From: an uncultured Gemmatimonadales bacterium | GTDB taxonomy: Bacteria > Gemmatimonadota > Gemmatimonadetes > Gemmatimonadales > GWC2-71-9 | Reading direction: 5' to 3' | Assembly: GCA_963804125.1 (NCBI GenBank) | Contig: CAWDPF010000011.1 | Coordinates: 1-64,000, forward strand | DNA length: 64,000 nucleotides | Shown: in pieces, positions 11,841-20,870 of the stretch | Layout of the letters: every line of letters starts with the position of its first letter | Position numbering within the stretch: position 1 is the stretch's first letter | Notes under the pieces: generated by a model | The model's database searches: none | What the model was told of the DNA's origin: nothing | What the model saw: the letters and a program-made list of their open reading frames with translations, nothing else | Translations under genes and position numbers: made by a program

Positions 11841-12086
11841 GTAATGCCTCCTTGTAACAGGTCGGACAGATGCGGCTGCCGGACGGCAGGCGCACCATTT
11901 CCTCCTCCCGCTGCGGCCCGTGGATCGGGCAGTCAGCTCGAGCGTCTGCTCGATCTTCCGCCGGTTGGCGTCCTGCCGGAGCCGGAGCCCCAGCGGCGTC
12001 CAGCGGACCAGCGCATAGAAAAGGAGGGTGGCCACCGTCGCCAGCAGCGCGACGAACAGCACACCCTCCAGAATGATCCCGCCCAT
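11834..12086 (-). CDS. small membrane-anchored zinc-ribbon protein, overlapping start of SPFH gene, 1 frame disruption
   Basis: MGGIILEGVLFVALLATVATLLFYALVRWTPLGLRLRQDANRRKIEQTLELT then DCPIHGPQREEEMVRLPSGSRICPTCYKEALHE* (C-x16-CPxC). Stop overlaps the SPFH ATG by 7 nt. Confidence 0.45.
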
Positions 12087-12342
12087 GTCCTCCACCGTTG
12101 GTGAAGTGTCCCTCGGACGGCCGGAAATATAGCGGACGGACGCGCTGCCCGCTGCCCCGCTCGGCTCCGCCTCGCCCGCCACGCCTGCCGCCGCCCGTCG
12201 GGCATGCCGGTTGCCAAGTTGCATCCGCACCGCCGGCCCGGGCCCCCGATTCGGGGCGCTGCAAGCTCTGGCATCGGCGGCAACTCACTGCCCATCAACG
12301 GCTTCAACAGTTCGTTTCGAACCCCTCGTGGAGGCGGATCTC

Positions 12343-13403
12343 ATGCGCGTCACGCATTACGCAAGGCGATCGTTGGCCGCGGCCGGGCTGGCCCTGGCGC
12401 TGGCCGGCTGCAAGAACGACGGCGCCTCCCCCAGCGAGTTCGACCCCCAGGGCACCGCCGCCGACGTGGCCGCCGCGCAGGACGCCTTCGCGTCCGGCCC
12501 CACCGCCAGCTTCGCGGCCGTCGGCCCGGACATCTCCCTGGCGCTGAGCGGCTCCCCGCTGGTGGCGAGCTCGGCGGCCCTCGCGCTCTCCCGCCCGTCG
12601 AAGGCGAGCGAGCGGTACGCGCGCCAGATCGCCGCGCTGGTCTCCGCCGGCGGCGCCGGCATCCAGGCCAGCGTCGTCGCGATCCCGGTCGGAAGTGGCC
12701 GGGAAGACCTTCGTCTGGGACGAGAGCACCGACACCTACGTCGTCTCGGACGTGAGCGGCGCGCCGTCGAACGGCGTCCGCTTCCTGCTCTACGCGGTGG
12801 ACCCGGTGACGTACCGCCCGGTCGAGCCGGTGGTGGAGACCGGCTACGTCGACGTGATCGACCAGAGCACGCTCGGCGCTCGCCAACGTGCGCATCAAGG
12901 TGGTCGAGGGCGACGTGACCTATCTCGACTACCAGGTGGTGGCCAGCGGCACCACGTCGAGCGGCATCGTGACGCTCAGCGGCTTCGCCTTCAACGGGAC
13001 GACCCGCGCGAACTTCACGCTCAAGAACACCGTGACCAGCAACGGCGGCGGGATCGTCATCGTGCTCGACTACTCGCTCGACGTCCCCTCGCGCGACCTG
13101 TCGGTCGACTGGACCGCCACCTTCGGCGACATCTCCGAGAGCCTGACTCTCGACCTGACGGTCAGCGGGCCGAACGGAGACGTGCGCCTCGTGGGTACCT
13201 CCAACGCCGATGGCGGGACGTTCACCGTCAAGGTGAACGGCAACACCTTCGCCACCATCACCGTCACCGCCAGCTCGCTGGTCGTCACCGGCGCGACCGG
13301 CGACCCGCTCACCTCGGACGAGGAGCAGGCGTTCGAGGCGGTGTTCGACTCCTTCGAGGGCTCGCTCGACGCGTTCAGCGCGCTGCTGATGCCGGTGAAC
13401 TGA
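12343..13403 (+). CDS. hypothetical lipoprotein (~350 aa), 2 frame disruptions
   Basis: MRVTHYARRSLAAAGLALALAGCKNDG (lipobox). Continues through ORFs 12695.. (KTFVWDESTDTYVVSDVSGAPSNGVRFLLYAVDPVTYRPVEPVVETGYVDVIDQSTL) and 12888..13403 (beta-rich TFTVKVNGNTFATITVTASSLVVTGATGD). Confidence 0.5.
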
Positions 13404-13435
13404 GCGGCCCAGCTCGAGTCCCGAGCCCGAGCGCC

Positions 13436-13504
13436 GAGTCACCCTGAACGCAGTGAAGGGGGCATGCCTCGAGGCATGCCCCCTTCGCTTTGCTCAGGGT
13501 GACT
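13436..13504. repeat. REP-1 palindromic element (GAGTCACCCTGAACGCAGTGAAGGGGGCATGCCTCGAGGCATGCCCCCTTCGCTTTGCTCAGGGTGACTG)
   Basis: A ~30-nt perfect arm pair around CTCGAG. Lies between convergent gene ends (lipoprotein and moxR). Family recurs at 38416, 47445 and 50266, with a half copy at 23911. Confidence 0.85.
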
Positions 13505-13520
13505 GCGGCCGCCTGCCGCC

Positions 13521-14544
<1,024 letters not shown>

Positions 14545-14782
14545 CGGATCTCTAAGGAAAGGACGAGACGAGGAATGTGGTGGAGATTACCCGGCTGCCT
14601 GATCGGACGCCATGGGACCGCGGATCGTTTCCGGCCGCCTGGCGCCCTATATTGGCGGTCCGGATCGCCCGCCGTTCCTGCCGCCGAAGGCAGTGCCGGA
14701 CGCGCTTGCGAAAAATTTCACAAGGGACTAGGTTCTCCGCGTGAAATCCCCAGATCCGGACGGCGGAAAGAGTCCGGGGCCG

Positions 14783-15029
14783 ATGCGCTACGCGGGGCTC
14801 GGGGTCCAGCTGGCGGTGAGCCTTCTGGTCTTCGTGCTGGCCGGACAGTGGGCCGATCGAGAAGCTCGGCACCAGCGGCATCCTCACGATGGTGGCGGCG
14901 TTCGTCGGGTTCGGGGGGACGATGTACTCGCTGATCCGCACACTCAACCGCCAGGACCACGACCGGGACGGCGGCGGCAAGGACGGCGGTCGCAAGGGTG
15001 GCGGCGACAAGGCCGGCGGCGGCGAGTGA
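14783..15029 (+). CDS. AtpZ/AtpR-like small F0-associated membrane protein, 1 frame disruption
   Basis: MRYAGLGVQLAVSLLVFVLAGQWADR then KLGTSGILTMVAAFVGFGGTMYSLIRTLNRQDHDRDGGGKDGG...E* after a 1-nt shift. First gene of the atp cluster. Confidence 0.5.
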
Positions 15030-15394
15030 GGCTGGGCCTCCGCTACCTGACCGGCGTGGCGATGGTAGCGGCCGGCGGGGCGGTCGTGGCAGCGGTGGTG
15101 CCGGCCGCGGACCGGGCGGTGGTGGGGTGGGGGATCGTCATCGGCCTGGTGCTGCAGACGCCGCTCGGCTGGTGGGCCATCCGGAGCATCGGCACCGACC
15201 GGTTCATGGCGGTGTGGGGCCTGGGGATGCTGGTGCGGCTCACGGTGGTCGCGGTGGTGGGGTTCGCGGTCCTGCCCGTGCTCGGGCGGCGCGCCGGATC
15301 CATGCTGGGGTCGATGGTGGGAGTCCTCGTGGCGCTCCTTCTGGTCGAGGGGGTCACGGCCCTTCGGGAACACTCGCGGGAAGATCAGCGATGA
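15022..15394 (+). CDS. atpI: ATP synthase protein I (AtpI)-like membrane protein
   Basis: VRLGLRYLTGVAMVAAGGAVVAAVVPAADRAVVGWGIVIGLVLQTPLGWWAIRSIGTDRFMAVWGLGMLVRLTVVAVVGFAVLPVLG. Four hydrophobic segments. Position immediately upstream of atpB. Confidence 0.5.
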
Positions 15395-16372
15395 CGCGTT
15401 TCGGTCGACGGTTGGCGGTGGTGGCGGCGCTGCTCGGGGCGGTCGTGTCCGGCGCGCCGGCGCTCGCGGCGCAGGAGCATGCCGCTCAGCAGGAGCAGGC
15501 CGCCAAGCAGGCCACGGGCCAGATCGACATCGTCCACCACCTCGCCAACTCGCACGAGGTCGAGCTCCCCTTCGGCGTTGTCTGGCACCTGCCGCGAGGG
15601 GTGGAAGATCCCGCTCGGCACCGCCGCCAACGGCCAGCCGCGGTTCCTCGACATCTCGCCGACCAAGCACCTCGTCTTCATGCTGTTCGCGGCGGTCCTC
15701 GTGGCGCTCATCTTCGTGCTCAGCGCGCGCAGGATCACCGGCCTGCAGGCCGCGGGCAAGCCGCCCAAGGGGTTCGCGGGGGCCATGGAGGCGACGGCGC
15801 TCTACATCCGGCAGGAGGTCATCCTGCCGAACGTGGGGCCGCACGGCGAAGGCTTCGCGCCCTACCTGCTCACGCTGTTCTTCTTCATCCTGGCGATGAA
15901 CCTGCTCGGCCTCCTGCCCTGGGGCGCCGCCGCGACGGGCAACATCGCGGTGACGGCGGCGCTCGCGGTCATGGCGTTCGTCGTGATCGAGGTGACCGGG
16001 ATGCGGACCCTGGGGTTCAAGGGGTACATGGGCACGATCTTCTATCTGCCCCACGGCCTCCCGGGCGGCATCGGCGGCACCTTCCTCAAGGTGCTGCTCC
16101 TCGCCGTCATGACCCCCATCGAGCTGATCGGCAAGCTGGCCAAGCCGTTCGCCCTGGCGGTCCGGCTGTTCGCCAACATGACGTCGGGTCACGTGCTGGT
16201 GCTGGCGCTGATCGGGCTGACGTTTCTGTTCCAGAGCTACACCGTGGGCGTCGCGGCCTCGGCGCTGGCCACCGGGGTCATGCTGCTGGAGCTGTTCGTG
16301 GCGTTCCTGCAGGCGTTCGTGTTCACGCTGCTCACGAGCGTGTTCATCGGGCTGATGCGGGCGGAGCACTAG
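15391..16372 (+). CDS. atpB: F0F1 ATP synthase subunit a, 1 frame disruption near codon ~70
   Basis: MTRFGRRLAVVAALLGA...HEVELPFGVVWHLP then WKIPLGTAANGQPRFLDISPTKHLVFMLFAAVLVAL...YLLTLFFFILAMNLLGLLPWG...LAVRLFANMTSGHVLVLALIGL (conserved R in LAVRLFANM). Confidence 0.9.
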
Positions 16373-16573
16373 GAGAGTTGAAACCCCAGCCGGCGCGCGC
16401 TCGCGCCGTGCTGGTGAGGTAGTCCGCCGAACGGCGGACGATGCCCGCTGTCCTTGGCCGACCTGGCGAAGGACGCCGGCGGGCCACCGTGACGAGGCCG
16501 CTCCTGGAGAGGCGGCCGCACGTGCGGCGGGCGCGGCCGATGTTCATCTCCGAACCTCACGAGGGAGTACGCC

Positions 16574-16852
16574 ATGCTGTCCATGATCGCCCTGTTGCAG
16601 GACGCCGCCGCCGCCGGCGCGGATAAGGGATTCGGCCTCATCGGCGCGGGTCTCGCCGCCGGCCTCGCGGTCGTCGGTGCCGGCATCGGGATCGGCCGGA
16701 TCGGCGGGTCCGCCACCGAAGGCATCGCCCGCCAGCCCGACGCCACCGCCCGGATCCAGACGGCGATGATCATCGCCGCCGCGCTGGTCGAAGGCGTCGC
16801 GCTGTTCGTCGCGGTGATCGCGTTCCTGATCCAGGGCAAGATCAATTTCTAG
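16574..16852 (+). CDS. atpE: F0F1 ATP synthase subunit c
   Basis: GLIGAGLAAGLAVVGAGIGIGRIGGSATEGIARQPDATARIQTAMIIAAALVEGVALFVAVIAFLI. Typical c-subunit hairpin with carboxylate E. Confidence 0.9.
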   Translation: MLSMIALLQDAAAAGADKGFGLIGAGLAAGLAVVGAGIGIGRIGGSATEGIARQPDATARIQTAMIIAAALVEGVALFVAVIAFLIQGKINF

Positions 16853-16867
16853 TCGAGGCGCTGCGTC

Positions 16868-17440
16868 ATGAAGAAGCCGGTGCTCGCCCTCGCCACGCTC
16901 TCGCTCCTCCTGGCCCCCGCGCTCGCGGCCCAGGAGGAGCACGCCTCCGGCCCGCTCACGGTCGAGGGCGGCCTGATGTTCTGGACCATCGTGGTCTTCC
17001 TGGTCCTCCTCGCGGTGCTCAAGAAGTTCGCCTGGCCGGCGATCCTCGGCGCGGTGGAAGCCCGGGAGAAGGCGCTCGAGGAGCAGCTCGCCGCCGCGGA
17101 GCGGGACCGCGCCGAGGCGGCGAAGTTGCTCGAGGAACACCGCAAGCTGGTCGCCGACGCCAAGGCCCAGTCGCACGGGATGGTCCTCGAGGCCCGGCAG
17201 CTCGCGGAGAAGGAGCGGGCGGTGGCGATGGAGAAGACCAAGCAGGAGCAGGAGGAGCTGCTGGCGCGCGCCCGGCGGGAGATCGCCGCGGAGCGTGACC
17301 GGGCGGTGGCGGATCTCCGCCGCGAGGCGGTGGACCTGTCGCTCGCGGCGGCGTCCAAGCTGGTCGGCCAGCGGCTCGACGGCGAGGCCGACCGGAAGAT
17401 CGTGCTCGACTACCTCGCGACCCTGGACGGCGGCCGGTGA
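16868..17440 (+). CDS. atpF: F0F1 ATP synthase subunit b
   Basis: N-terminal TM followed by a long charged coiled-coil (LEEQLAAAERDRAEAAKLLEEHRKLVADAKAQ...). Confidence 0.8.
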   Translation: MKKPVLALATLSLLLAPALAAQEEHASGPLTVEGGLMFWTIVVFLVLLAVLKKFAWPAILGAVEAREKALEEQLAAAERDRAEAAKLLEEHRKLVADAKAQSHGMVLEARQLAEKERAVAMEKTKQEQEELLARARREIAAERDRAVADLRREAVDLSLAAASKLVGQRLDGEADRKIVLDYLATLDGGR

Positions 17441-17973
17441 GATCGGAGACGATCGCCCGCAACTACGCCGAGGCGCTGTTCGACCTCGGTGAGCGGAGCG
17501 GGGGCACGGCGCGGTACGCGGACCTGATCGACGCGGTCGCCGCGGCGATCGAGACCACGCCGGCGGTGCAGGCCGTGCTCATGTCGCCCCGCGTCCCCAA
17601 GAGCGAGAAGTCCCGCCTGCTCGGCACGGCCATGAAGGAGGCCCCGAGGGAGTTCGTCCTCTTCCTGCAGGCGGTGGTCAAGCGCGGGCGGCAGCACCTG
17701 CTGCGCGAGATCGCGACCGAATACGCCACGCTGGTCGACGTCAAGCTCAACCGGGTGCGCGCGGGCGTCACGCTGGCCCGCCCGGCCAACGAGGCGCTGC
17801 AGAAGGGCATCGCCGAGGCGCTGAGCCGGCACCTGGGCAAGGAAGTGCTCCCCTCGTTCTCGGTCGACCCGGAGATCCTGGGCGGCGCGGTCGTCCGCGT
17901 GGGCGAGCGGATCCACGACGGCTCGCTCCGGCGGCGGCTGGTGAAGCTGCGGAGGCATTTGCTGGCGAGGTAG
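17437..17973 (+). CDS. atpH: F0F1 ATP synthase subunit delta (OSCP)
   Basis: ARNYAEALFDLGERSG...LMSPRVPKSEKSRLL...LGGAVVRVGERIHDGSLRRRL. 4-nt overlap with atpF. Confidence 0.8.
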   Translation: MRSETIARNYAEALFDLGERSGGTARYADLIDAVAAAIETTPAVQAVLMSPRVPKSEKSRLLGTAMKEAPREFVLFLQAVVKRGRQHLLREIATEYATLVDVKLNRVRAGVTLARPANEALQKGIAEALSRHLGKEVLPSFSVDPEILGGAVVRVGERIHDGSLRRRLVKLRRHLLAR

Positions 17974-18080
17974 GACGGAAAGACGGACAGACGGAAGGAC
18001 GGAAAGGGAGGGACTCCCCTTCCGTCACTGTTCCGTTTCGCACGCTTCCGTCCTTCCGTCTTTCCGTCCTTCCCTCCCCC
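17974..18080. repeat. GGACGGAA(A/G)G microsatellite arranged as a long imperfect hairpin (arms GGACGGAAAGACGGACAGACGGAAGGACGGAAAGG / CCGTCCTTCCGTCTTTCCGTCCTTCC)
   Basis: Directly after atpH stop. A second, longer locus lies at 23853..24040. Confidence 0.8.
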
Positions 18081-18460
18081 TCACGGCAACGGCAGCAGAT
18101 CCGGCTCCACCCACCCCGCCCGCGCCTCCGCCGACTTGAGCCGCGCCTCCGAGTAGTGCCGCAGCGGCAGCTCGCGGTGGCCGTACCGCGTCGATGAGAC
18201 GATTCGCGCGCTCCGCCCAGTCGCCCCCGCTGTTCCTCCTGCTCCACGAAGTGCCCCACCACACGCATATAGAACCGCGTGATGGTCTCGTGATACCCGC
18301 GCGTCGGCGTCGTGGGCACGCCGTGCGCGGCATTGAGGCGCAGGATGCCGGCGCGGACCAGGTCGAGCGCTTCGGCGGCCTCATGGTGGGTGGCGTACCA
18401 CAGCGCCACCGTCAGGTGCGCCCGGTGGGTCCACTCGGCGTGCGGCAGCGTGCCGTCCAT
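18081..18460 (-). CDS. hypothetical protein (~125 aa), 2 frame disruptions
   Basis: MDGTLPHAEWTHRAHLTVALWYATHHEAAEALDLVRAGILRLNAAHGVPTTPTRGYHETITRFYMRVVGHFVEQEEQRG ... DWAERANRLIDA ... ELPLRHYSEARLKSAEARAGWVEPDLLPLP*. Confidence 0.4.
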
Positions 18461-18539
18461 GAAGCCCGCTACCACGCGCTCGACCTCGGCCGCCGCCTCG
18501 TATGGGCGCTCGGAGGTCGCGGGCTGCGCTCGAGTGTCC

Positions 18540-19490
18540 GGTCATGCGTCCGCCGGGTACCGGCGCCGGAGCGCGCGAACGGGCTCGGCCGACCGGGCGC
18601 GCGCCGGCCGTGCCGCGAGCTGGATCCACACCACGGCGCCCAGGATGAGGGCCATCGCCGCCAGCATCCGGCCGGTGATCGGCTCGTGCAGCACCAGCCA
18701 GCCCGAGCACGACGGCCACGACGGGGTTCACGTACGCGTAGGTGCCGACCACCGTGGCCGAGCCGTGCTCGAGCGCGTAGCCGAAGGCGGTGTATCCCAC
18801 CAGCGATCCGAAGACGATGAGATAGGCCATCGCGGCGAGCCCGGTCCCCCGGAGGTGAAAGTCGGGCGCCTCGCCGAGGGCGAGCCCGACGACGCAGAGG
18901 ATCGCGCCCGCGATGGCCATCTGCACGGCGGCCGCCGAGTACGGGCTCACCTCGGTGGGATTCCGCTTCCAGTAGACGCTGCCCATCGCCCAGCAGGCGC
19001 TGCCGAACGTGAGCGCGATGGGCCCGCGCAGGTCGGCGGTGGCGAGCTCGTGCGGCGTGATCCCCGCGAGCAGCGCGCTCCCCAGGAAGCCGATGGCGAG
19101 CCCCACGCCGATCCGCCAGGTGAGCGGCGTCTTGCCCCCGGGCACGATCGCGTCGAAGAACGCCGACCAGAGCGGCATCGCGGCCACGAACACGCTCGCG
19201 ATGCCGGAGGCGACGAACTGCTCCGACCAGACCAGGATGGCGTTGGCGCCGCAGAGCAGGAACACCCCGGTGATGGCGAGCGTGCGCCAGTCTTTCGCGC
19301 GCGAGGGGAGCCGGATTCCCAGGGCCAGGACGATGGCGCCCAGCAGCAGCCCGGCCACCAGGAACCGCACGCCCGCGAACAGGAACGGCGGGAGGTGGGC
19401 CACGCCGATCCTGATGAACAGGTAGGTCGAGCCCCATATCGTGCAGACGAGGAGGTAGGCGACGAGCGCCTTGCCGCGGAGGCCCGCCAT
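18540..19490 (-). CDS. EamA/DMT-family transporter, 1 frame disruption near 3' end
   Basis: MAGLRGKALVAYLLVCTIWGSTYLFIRIGVAHLPPFLFAGVRFLVAGLLL...10 TMs...GYALEHGSATVVGTYAYVNPVVAVVLG, then WLVLHEPITGRMLAAMALILGAVVWIQLAARP in the adjacent frame. Confidence 0.8.
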
Positions 19491-19491
19491 G

Positions 19492-19962
19492 TCAGTCCGC
19501 CTCCATGGGCACGACACCCGCTTTCTCGAACACGCTCGAGAGCACGATGGTGGTCCGGGTGCTGGCGGAGAGGCCGGGGTCGCGGAGGGAGCGCAGGATG
19601 CGCTCGAGCGCCTCGAGCGACGGCGCTGCCACCTTGAGGATGTAGCAGTCCTCGCCCGCCACGTGGTGGCACTCCAGCACGCTCGGATTGGTCACCAGCG
19701 AGCGCACGGCCGACTCGCCGCCGTCGACTTCGGTGCCCGGGTAGCGCACGGCGACGAACGCCGTGATCGGGAAGCCGAGCTTGGCGCGGTCGAGCCGGGC
19801 GGTGTACCCGAGGATGTGGCCGCTCTCCTCCAGCCGCTTCACGCGCTCCATCACGGCCGGGCGCGAGAGCCCGACCTCGTCGGCGATGGCCTGGTAGCTG
19901 GCGCGGCCGTCGGCGAGGAGGAGCTGGAGGATGCGGCGGCTGATGGGATCGATGGCGGACAT
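19492..19962 (-). CDS. Lrp/AsnC-family transcriptional regulator
   Basis: MSAIDPISRRILQLLLADGRASYQAIADEVGLSRPAVMERVKRLEESGHILGYTARLD (HTH), followed by a RAM domain. Clean frame. Adjacent to a DMT exporter, the usual pairing. Confidence 0.9.
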   Translation of the reverse strand: MSAIDPISRRILQLLLADGRASYQAIADEVGLSRPAVMERVKRLEESGHILGYTARLDRAKLGFPITAFVAVRYPGTEVDGGESAVRSLVTNPSVLECHHVAGEDCYILKVAAPSLEALERILRSLRDPGLSASTRTTIVLSSVFEKAGVVPMEAD

Positions 19963-20137
19963 CGGGTCTCCGGAATGCGTGTCGCTGAAAGGTATTCCTG
20001 GACGGACGTTTCGTCAATACCGGAAGATATTGCCGACTATTAGACCGACTACTCACACTATCAAGAGCGAAGCGTCGGCTCGCCAGCGGCCCATGAGCCG
20101 GGGTTATCTTGCGATATCTCACGATATGGAGCGGACA

Positions 20138-20329
20138 ATGGCGGAAGAACGGGCCGACGTCGTGGCCATCATGGCGGCCATCATCTACGCGGGCCGGACC
20201 GGCGAATCGGGGCAGGTGCCCAACGAGAAGTCCTTCGGCATCGTCGCCAAGGCGGCATGGGACCTCCACAAGGCGGTGATGGGCGGCGAGGACGTGCACG
20301 TCGCCAAGACGGGATTCCAGCAGCCCTGA
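20138..20329 (+). CDS. small hypothetical protein (63 aa)
   Basis: MAEERADVVAIMAAIIYAGRTGESGQVPNEKSFGIVAKAAWDLHKAVMGGEDVHVAKTGFQQP*. Strong GC3 bias. GGAGCGG RBS 6 nt upstream. Sits in a locally AT-richer promoter region. Confidence 0.4.
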   Translation: MAEERADVVAIMAAIIYAGRTGESGQVPNEKSFGIVAKAAWDLHKAVMGGEDVHVAKTGFQQP

Positions 20330-20382
20330 CGTAGCCGGTTTGAGCTATGCCGGACGGGTCCGGGCGCCGTAGGTTGTTCCGA

Positions 20383-20766
20383 ATGCACGAGCCCCTCGCG
20401 CCGGTCGAGACCGATCGCCGGCCCGTCGTCCTCGTCGTGGACGACGAGCCGATGATGCGCTGGTTCATGACCACCGCGCTCCGGGACCACTTCCGGGTGC
20501 TGGTGGCGGCCGACGGGCAGGAAGCCCTCGACACGGTGCGCGAGGTTGGGGACGAGATCGCGGCACTCGTGACCGACATCCGGATGCCGCACCTCGACGG
20601 CCTGGAGCTGGCCGCCCGGCTCCAGGCGATGGACGACCCGCCGCCCCTGCTGTTCATCTCGGGGTTCATGGGCGGTGGTGAGCTGCCCGGCCCATTCCTC
20701 TCCAAGCCCTTCCGTCCCGAGGCGCTGCTCGCCGCCGTGCAACGGCTGATCGCCGCCGAAGCGTAG
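20383..20766 (+). CDS. stand-alone REC response regulator
   Basis: PVVLVVDDEPMMRWFMTTALRDHFRVLVAADGQEALDTVREVGDEIAALVTDIRMPHLDGLELAARLQAMDDPPPLLFISGF...SKPFRPEALLAAVQRL. Clean frame. Confidence 0.8.
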   Translation: MHEPLAPVETDRRPVVLVVDDEPMMRWFMTTALRDHFRVLVAADGQEALDTVREVGDEIAALVTDIRMPHLDGLELAARLQAMDDPPPLLFISGFMGGGELPGPFLSKPFRPEALLAAVQRLIAAEA

Positions 20767-20870
20767 CCGGTCCTCGCCGCCGCCGCCGGGACCGTTGGCC
20801 GGCGGCCCGAGCCGCGTATGTTTCCGCAGGTCCCGTCCCGCCGCGCTCACCCCCGACCGTCGAGCCGTTC

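Noticed and set aside
12280-12340. tRNA-like T-arm fragment (GTTTCGAACCCCTCG)
   Set aside because: No acceptor stem, D-arm or anticodon arm can be folded around it. It is the RBS/leader of the lipoprotein gene.
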